A stretch of 64,000 nt of DNA from positions 91,482-155,481 of the forward strand of contig NZ_CANDNZ010000006.1 in the NCBI RefSeq assembly GCF_947387555.1, written 5' to 3'. This DNA is from Thalassomonas sp. RHCl1 (GTDB lineage Bacteria; Pseudomonadota; Gammaproteobacteria; Enterobacterales; Alteromonadaceae). Positions 58,476 through 64,000 of this stretch are shown here, in pieces. Made by a program: the position numbers and the translations under genes. The notes beneath the pieces were generated by a model. It searched no databases. It was not told the origin of the DNA and worked only from the letters and a program-made list of their open reading frames with translations. How positions within the stretch are numbered: the stretch's first letter is position 1; every line of letters begins with the position of its first letter.

Positions 58476-58502
58476 GAAAACCGGCATTAGCCGGTTTTTT
58501 TA
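58476..58502 (+). terminator. Rho-independent terminator of rpoH
   Basis: AAAACCGGC, loop ATTA, GCCGGTTTTTTT. Confidence 0.65.
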
Positions 58503-58826
58503 TACATGGAAGTATTTATCCTGCGAGTAAATGGATTTACAGGAGCAGGGTTTATGCCCTGGACGGGCTGTGTGACACGAACTCAGGGATGAATAGGAGC
58601 GGCGGAGTATGGAAGTTTTTCAGTGTATATGATTTCGGCGCAGGCTAAGTACTTACCTCCTGTAAGTCATTAACCGTGATTAACACCGGCTAAAAAGTAA
58701 TATCGTCCGGGTATTACTTTTTCTTGCAATAACAGGATGATTAATTTCACTTTGCGCTGGCAATAGCAGCATAATTTGATAGACTAATCGCTTAAAAATA
58801 ATACTAATAACAAAAATGAGCAGTCC

Positions 58827-61436
58827 TTGAGAGAATCCGAGGAAAAAGATGACTTGCGCGCCCTGCGCCAACTTCCAAAACTTAAGTCATTACTAAAGAA
58901 GTACCGGCATGTTAAAAACATCCAGTCCGGGCTATTGCAGCTGTCGGAACTGGCCAGTACCGTTACCGAGATGGAAAGTTTTTACCCGTCTCTGGTTTCC
59001 CTTATCCGCTCTTTATTGGCCAGCGAATATTTCCATATCTGTTTGTCGGATGCCGATAACCGTCTGACCCTGGCGTATGCCCATAGTCCCGAAACCTCTT
59101 CGGCCAAACCTGCCGGGCTTTCACCCGATTGTTTAAGCCAGCGGGTGTTCAACCAGGAGGGCCCTTTACATGTGAATGTCGGGCAAATGGAGCAGCTCAA
59201 AACATCCGGAAAAATCCAGGCGTTTGAGTCGGCCTGTATCGATTGGCTTGGTGTGCCGTTAATGCGCGGCCGGGAAGTGATCGGGGTGATCGCATTGCAA
59301 AGTTATCAGCCCGGCAGCTTTTTCGCCGAGCGGGATAATCAGCTGCTGCAGTTTATTTCCGAGCATCTGGTGACGGCCATCGACCGGATAAATCGCCGGG
59401 AACTGTTGGAACTGAGTATCAAGCGCAGGACCGGCAAGCTAATCCAGACCAATTTAGAACTGCAGCGGGAAATTGCCGAGCGGCAAAAAGCGGTAAAAAT
59501 GCACCAGGCCTTGCTGGCGATGTCGGAAATCACCGCCGGCACCCATGAGATAGATATTTTTTACCAGCTGCTCCATAGTGAAGTGAAAGGGCTGATTAAT
59601 GCCGACAACTTTTATATTGCCTTGCTTTGTGAAGATAAGGTTCGCTTGAACTTTCCCTATTATATCGATGAGTTTAAGGCGGCGCCTAAATCGAGAAAGC
59701 TGGCCGGCGGCTTAACAGAAATGGTGTTGAATAAAGCCTGTCCTGTCCTGATATCATCGGGGCAGCTCCATGCCTTATCGGAGCAAAATAAACAGCAATC
59801 AGAGCCTTTTGCTTATTCGGGGACCCATGGACGCCTGCCTAAATCCTGGCTGGCGGCACCGCTGATGGAGCAGGATAAAATTTTTGGCGTGTTGGCGATC
59901 CAGGATTATCATAACGAAAATGCCTATCAAGAATCGGATATGGAGCTGATCCGCTTTGTCGGACAGCATATCGCTACGGCCATATTACGCAAACGGGATT
60001 TGACCAAAAACCTCGAGCATAAAGCCGAACTGGAGCGCCTGGTGAATGACAGGACGCAGGAGCTGCAGGCGAGCAATCTTAATTTGCGCATGCAAATCGA
60101 AGAAAGGCGTAAAGCGGAAAGCCAGTTATATTACGATGCCCATCATGATGCCTTGACCAAGCTGGCCAACCGGGCGATGTTTTCCGATCGGCTTACCTAT
60201 GCCATACGGCATTTGAAACGCCATCCCGCCTATAAGTTTTCGGTATTATTTATCGATCTTGATCGCTTCAAGTTAATTAATGATACCTTGGGCCATCATA
60301 CCGGTGATTTATTCCTGGTTGAGATAGCCGCCCGGCTAAAAGAGTGTGTCCGGGAAAATGATGTCCTGGCCCGGCTGGGGGGGGATGAATTTGTGGTGTT
60401 GCTGGATGCGATCCAGTCCCAGGACGATGTTGAAGATATCGCAACCCGTATTATTGAACGTATTGCCCAGCCCTTTGAGCTTGACGGGCAAATTCTACAT
60501 TCCAGTGCCAGTATCGGTATTTCCCTTTGCCATCATCACTACCAGGACGCCAATGAAATCCTGCGTGATGCCGATGCCGCCATGTATCAGGCCAAGAGCC
60601 TGGGCCGCGGTCGCTATGTCTTTTTTGACGAAAGTATGCGCGAGCAGTTACTGGCCAGTATGACCCTGGAGCAGGAGCTGAGGGTCGCCATAAACCAGCA
60701 GCAGTTTGAACTGCATTACCAGAAGATTTCTAACCTTGAATGCAGTCAGATCATAGGTTTTGAAGCCCTGTTGCGTTGGCAGCATCCGAAAAAAGGCCTG
60801 CTGACGCCGAGTGAATTCCTGTTTATGGCGGAAGAAACCGGCATGATACTGGAAATTGAAAACTGGGTGATTGAGGAAGTGTCCCGTCAGTTGCTAAGCT
60901 GGCAATATGGCAGTGAATTCGATAATGCTTTTATTGCCGTCAACCTTTCCGGCAGGCACTTAACCCAGGTGAGTCAGCTGTCTAAACTTATTGATAACAT
61001 AAGAAAAAATATAGTACTGCCGCAGCGCTTGATCTTGGAGTTTAACGAATCTGCTTTTGAGCAGCATAATGAACAGGCGCTTAAGGGCTTAAGAAAATTA
61101 AAGGCCCTTGGGGTGAAATTGGCTTTGGATGATTATGGCGCCGGTTTGTCTTCCCTGAACTTTTTATATAGCTACCCGTTTGAGATCATTAAACTCGATC
61201 GCAGTTTTGTCCGTTCATTGAAAAACAATGAAAAGAATTTGTCGGTGATACGGGCTTTGCATGAGTTAGGACAAGACTTTGGTTATCGCCTGGTGGCGGA
61301 AGGCATAGAAAATGAAGATACCCTGCAGAAATTGCATGCCGCCGGCTGTGAATTCGGCCAGGGATATTATCTCAATCGCCCGGTCAAGATCGTCAGGGAT
61401 GACTCGTCTGAAGACGATAACAAACATTACGCCTAA
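58827..61436 (+). CDS. Signalling protein with two GAF domains, a GGDEF diguanylate cyclase and an EAL phosphodiesterase
   Basis: GGDEF active site RLGGDEFVVLL. EAL motif FEALLRWQHP and later DDYGAG / KLDRSF. Two GAF-like segments upstream, separated by coiled linkers. Start ambiguous: TTG at 58827, or ATG at 58971 (MESFYPSL). Confidence 0.85.
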   Translation: MRESEEKDDLRALRQLPKLKSLLKKYRHVKNIQSGLLQLSELASTVTEMESFYPSLVSLIRSLLASEYFHICLSDADNRLTLAYAHSPETSSAKPAGLSPDCLSQRVFNQEGPLHVNVGQMEQLKTSGKIQAFESACIDWLGVPLMRGREVIGVIALQSYQPGSFFAERDNQLLQFISEHLVTAIDRINRRELLELSIKRRTGKLIQTNLELQREIAERQKAVKMHQALLAMSEITAGTHEIDIFYQLLHSEVKGLINADNFYIALLCEDKVRLNFPYYIDEFKAAPKSRKLAGGLTEMVLNKACPVLISSGQLHALSEQNKQQSEPFAYSGTHGRLPKSWLAAPLMEQDKIFGVLAIQDYHNENAYQESDMELIRFVGQHIATAILRKRDLTKNLEHKAELERLVNDRTQELQASNLNLRMQIEERRKAESQLYYDAHHDALTKLANRAMFSDRLTYAIRHLKRHPAYKFSVLFIDLDRFKLINDTLGHHTGDLFLVEIAARLKECVRENDVLARLGGDEFVVLLDAIQSQDDVEDIATRIIERIAQPFELDGQILHSSASIGISLCHHHYQDANEILRDADAAMYQAKSLGRGRYVFFDESMREQLLASMTLEQELRVAINQQQFELHYQKISNLECSQIIGFEALLRWQHPKKGLLTPSEFLFMAEETGMILEIENWVIEEVSRQLLSWQYGSEFDNAFIAVNLSGRHLTQVSQLSKLIDNIRKNIVLPQRLILEFNESAFEQHNEQALKGLRKLKALGVKLALDDYGAGLSSLNFLYSYPFEIIKLDRSFVRSLKNNEKNLSVIRALHELGQDFGYRLVAEGIENEDTLQKLHAAGCEFGQGYYLNRPVKIVRDDSSEDDNKHYA

Positions 61437-61516
61437 ACATAACCACTGGGCAGTTAATGGCCAGGGAGCTTGTTAGCGGCTCCCCTGTTTATTTTTTAGA
61501 ATCTATTTTTTAAAAC

Positions 61517-62581
61517 TTATTTTTTGGAGAAATAGCCTTCCACCCTTAAGGCGATGCCCGGGGTGGTTTTATGATCCACCTCTTCAGGCCATTCGATAAA
61601 AGGTTCGATGTCGAAAAACAGCCACTCTCTCAGGGCATTGAAACGATAGCGGTAACTCAGGGTATAATTATCGATTAAAAAGCCGTTTTCGCCGTTTCTT
61701 TCCCCTTCCACCAGCAGGCCGAGTACGGCGGCGCGGTCATTGGCTATTTGCTGTAAATGATAAAAGCCGTGTTTCCAGCGGATGCCGCTATAGGATTCCG
61801 AGCCCCTGATGCTGTAATTGATCCTGAATTGTTCTTTTTCATTAAGCTGGTAATCGTATTCCAGCAATAAACGGGCGCCGAGACCGTCATCAAGGAAATA
61901 AAATACCGAGGGCTCTATCTTAAAACCATGAACATCTTGCCAGCTATAACGGCTTCTGTGGCGGGACTTTAAAAAGATATCGCCACCGGACAAACCCAGC
62001 CGGGTATCGGTAAATTTCTCAGTCGTATTGGTGTGTATTAAGCGCACCGCGGCGGCAAAAGGTTCATCATTTATTTCAGATTTGGCCTTGATGCTGGTTT
62101 CCAGCGGCAACTGACTTAATTCATCGTCACTGTCATCGGAGAGGATAAGGTCAAGTTTGTTTTTAAAATGGGGCAATTTCACTTTCACCCTGAAACGGGT
62201 GTCAAATTCTGCCAGGTCTCTGCTTCTCGGTTCCCAGGCCAGGCGGATCCTGGCGGTTGTCTGGGGTGTTTGCTCCTGGCTGTCATCATGGCTGAAAAAG
62301 CCGTCAAACCATACCGCACTCTGGTATACCGAGTTGGAGATAGTATCGTGAAAACTGTGCATCCAGTCGTCGGCCGGCGGTAAATCTTGATCGCTTTCTT
62401 CTGCCGGAGCCTGGTAATCCCTGTCGGGAAGCTTTTTGTTTATTTCGGATGAATTATTATTTGCTATTGTCTTAAAAGAGGTGACAGTAAAAATGAAAAT
62501 AACGGCATAAAAAATCGGAAACGGCTTTTTGATTAATCTTTTACTCAAAGTTTGTTTTACCTCATAAATAAGCTTATTCAA
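61517..62581 (-). CDS. Hypothetical secreted / outer-membrane protein (354 aa)
   Basis: N-terminal hydrophobic signal/anchor FPIFYAVIFIFTVTSF. Alternating beta-strand-like C-terminal half. No motif recognised. Confidence 0.4.
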   Translation of the reverse strand: MNKLIYEVKQTLSKRLIKKPFPIFYAVIFIFTVTSFKTIANNNSSEINKKLPDRDYQAPAEESDQDLPPADDWMHSFHDTISNSVYQSAVWFDGFFSHDDSQEQTPQTTARIRLAWEPRSRDLAEFDTRFRVKVKLPHFKNKLDLILSDDSDDELSQLPLETSIKAKSEINDEPFAAAVRLIHTNTTEKFTDTRLGLSGGDIFLKSRHRSRYSWQDVHGFKIEPSVFYFLDDGLGARLLLEYDYQLNEKEQFRINYSIRGSESYSGIRWKHGFYHLQQIANDRAAVLGLLVEGERNGENGFLIDNYTLSYRYRFNALREWLFFDIEPFIEWPEEVDHKTTPGIALRVEGYFSKK

Positions 62582-62640
62582 AGGGTGCTTTTTACGGCTG
62601 AAACCTTATAATGATCCCATATAGATTATAGGAGTTTTTT

Positions 62641-62871
62641 ATGGCTGGCATCAGTATTTGGCAATTATTAATCATAGCGGTAATTGTAATTTTATTATTT
62701 GGTACTAAAAAGTTACGTAACATGGGAACAGACCTGGGCTCTGCCGTGAAGGGGTTTAAAAAGGCGGTGTCTGAAGAAGGTGAAAAATCCACTGACGCAC
62801 TGGCAGATAAGTCGGCGGCATCTGAAGATCAGGTGAAAACCTCGGCCGAAAAAGAAAAAGATCAGGCTTAA
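62641..62871 (+). CDS. tatA: Twin-arginine translocase subunit TatA
   Basis: [42 protein letters not shown] is the canonical TatA/E N-terminus. Confidence 0.9.
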   Translation: MAGISIWQLLIIAVIVILLFGTKKLRNMGTDLGSAVKGFKKAVSEEGEKSTDALADKSAASEDQVKTSAEKEKDQA

Positions 62872-62874
62872 TCA

Positions 62875-63360
62875 ATGTTTGATGTTGGCTTTTGGGAATT
62901 AATACTGATTGCGATTATCGGTTTGGTGGTGTTGGGGCCGGAGCGTTTGCCTGTGGCTATCCGCACCGTGCGTTCCTGGATTGCCGGGGTACGTAAGTTC
63001 AGTGACAACGTCAAATCTGAATTAACGGAAGAGCTACGTATTCAAGAGTTGCATGAGAATTTGAAAAAAGCCGAACAGTCTAACTTAAAGGATTTAAGTC
63101 CTGAAGTGGCCGAGTCGTTAAAATCATTGCAGGATGCGGCAAAAATGGTGACCCGTCCCTATGAAAAGTCGGCAGGCGATGAAAACGGACAGGCGGCTTC
63201 AGTACCCGAAAAGGCGCCGGTAGCGCAGGAAAAGTTGGCTGCTGCATCAGATGAAGTATCATCACCTTCTCTGTCAGCTGCTTCTTCTGACTCTGTATCA
63301 GATTCAGCCTCTGGCTCTTCATTAGACTCTTCATTAGACAAAGAGAAGCAAAAACCATAA
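62875..63360 (+). CDS. tatB: Twin-arginine translocase subunit TatB
   Basis: [36 protein letters not shown] matches E. coli Tat[37 protein letters not shown]. Acidic/Ser-rich tail. Confidence 0.9.
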   Translation: MFDVGFWELILIAIIGLVVLGPERLPVAIRTVRSWIAGVRKFSDNVKSELTEELRIQELHENLKKAEQSNLKDLSPEVAESLKSLQDAAKMVTRPYEKSAGDENGQAASVPEKAPVAQEKLAAASDEVSSPSLSAASSDSVSDSASGSSLDSSLDKEKQKP

Positions 63361-63362
63361 GT

Positions 63363-64000
63363 ATGAGTTCACAACCCCAATCAAGCCTGTTTGACCACCT
63401 ACTGGAATTACGCAACCGATTATTACACTCAGTACTCGGGGTGTTAGTGGTTTTTTGTTGCCTGGTATATTTTGCCCAGGATATTTATCAATACCTGGCG
63501 CAGCCCTTGTTGGCCACTATGCCGGATGGCGCGCAAATGATCGCAACCGATGTTGCCTCCCCCTTTTTCGCCCCTTTTAAATTGACTATGGTATTGTCTT
63601 TTTTCCTGGCAATGCCTTATATCCTGTTCCAGATCTGGTCGTTTATCGCGCCTGGCCTGTATCAAAATGAGAAAAAACTGATTGCTCCCCTGATGTTCGG
63701 CAGTACTTTTTTATTTTATGCCGGTATTTCTTTTGCGTACTTTGTTGTTTTCCCGCTGGCGTTTGCATTTTTCACTTCGGTGGCGCCGGAAGGGGTCACC
63801 ATAGCCACGGATATCAGTAGTTATCTGGATTTTGTCTTAAAGCTGTTTTTTGCTTTCGGGGCCACCTTTGAGATCCCGGTCGCGATCGTCTTATTGTGTT
63901 GGACCGGGGTCACTGAGCCTGCCAGTTTACGAGCCAAACGTCCTTATGTTATCGTGGGTGCCTTTGTTATTAGTATGCTGCTGACGCCTCCGGATGTCAT
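63363..64000 (+). CDS. tatC: Twin-arginine translocase subunit TatC, 3'-truncated by the window end
   Basis: ATG at 63363. [50 protein letters not shown]...[16 protein letters not shown]...[21 protein letters not shown] is colinear with E. coli TatC. The six-frame track omits it because no stop falls inside the window. Confidence 0.9.
   Translation, partial: MSSQPQSSLFDHLLELRNRLLHSVLGVLVVFCCLVYFAQDIYQYLAQPLLATMPDGAQMIATDVASPFFAPFKLTMVLSFFLAMPYILFQIWSFIAPGLYQNEKKLIAPLMFGSTFLFYAGISFAYFVVFPLAFAFFTSVAPEGVTIATDISSYLDFVLKLFFAFGATFEIPVAIVLLCWTGVTEPASLRAKRPYVIVGAFVISMLLTPPDV

Noticed and set aside
1-64000. tRNA/rRNA genes, integrase or transposase genes
   Set aside because: Scanning both strands found no cloverleaf-like GTTC..., no CCA-ending conserved segments, and no rRNA-like conserved blocks. 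No integrase or transposase signatures were recognised. Island mobility therefore remains unproven.

Overview
This is a 64-kb window from a gammaproteobacterial chromosome. The conserved rsmD / ftsY-ftsE-ftsX-rpoH / tatABC block, and FtsY, RpoH, TatC, YjaG and FlgH sequences that resemble those of E. coli, point to a marine Alteromonadales-type genome, though I cannot confirm that. The window has two parts. Positions 1 to about 15,000 are visibly AT-rich accessory DNA. They hold a co-directional gene cluster: a gamma-class N6-adenine DNA methyltransferase, an unusual histidine kinase whose N-terminal 'sensor' is itself a GHKL ATPase domain, a REC-domain protein with an unknown Cys-containing output domain, and a 247-aa unknown protein. 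I flag this as a candidate undescribed methyltransferase-linked two-component (Detocs-like) defence module. The same region also holds a secreted protein with a possible CHAT/caspase-like His-Cys dyad, a tandemly duplicated toxin/immunity-like cassette with two degraded toxin copies, and a SymE-family type I toxin. Positions from about 15,000 to 64,000 are core-like. They hold an esterase and an alpha/beta hydrolase, a copABCD copper-resistance operon preceded by a Met/His/Cys-rich small ORF, and an NhaP-type antiporter. Next comes a yqiJ-yqiK(flotillin)-giant AAA ATPase operon, a ToxR/CadC-like TPR regulator divergent from a POT peptide transporter, and yjjG-like HAD phosphatase. A signal-peptide-bearing pcm paralogue, a TetR + RND efflux pair, and an orphan FlgH-like lipoprotein with a partner gene follow. 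The rest is a small secreted-protein gene whose 3' end is tandemly repeated (82-bp units), an EamA transporter, SapC-like, yjaG, rsmD, ftsYEX, rpoH, a GAF-GGDEF-EAL protein and tatAB with a 3'-truncated tatC. I saw no rRNA, tRNA or CRISPR array. All calls come from reading the translations and DNA by eye. No database search was run.
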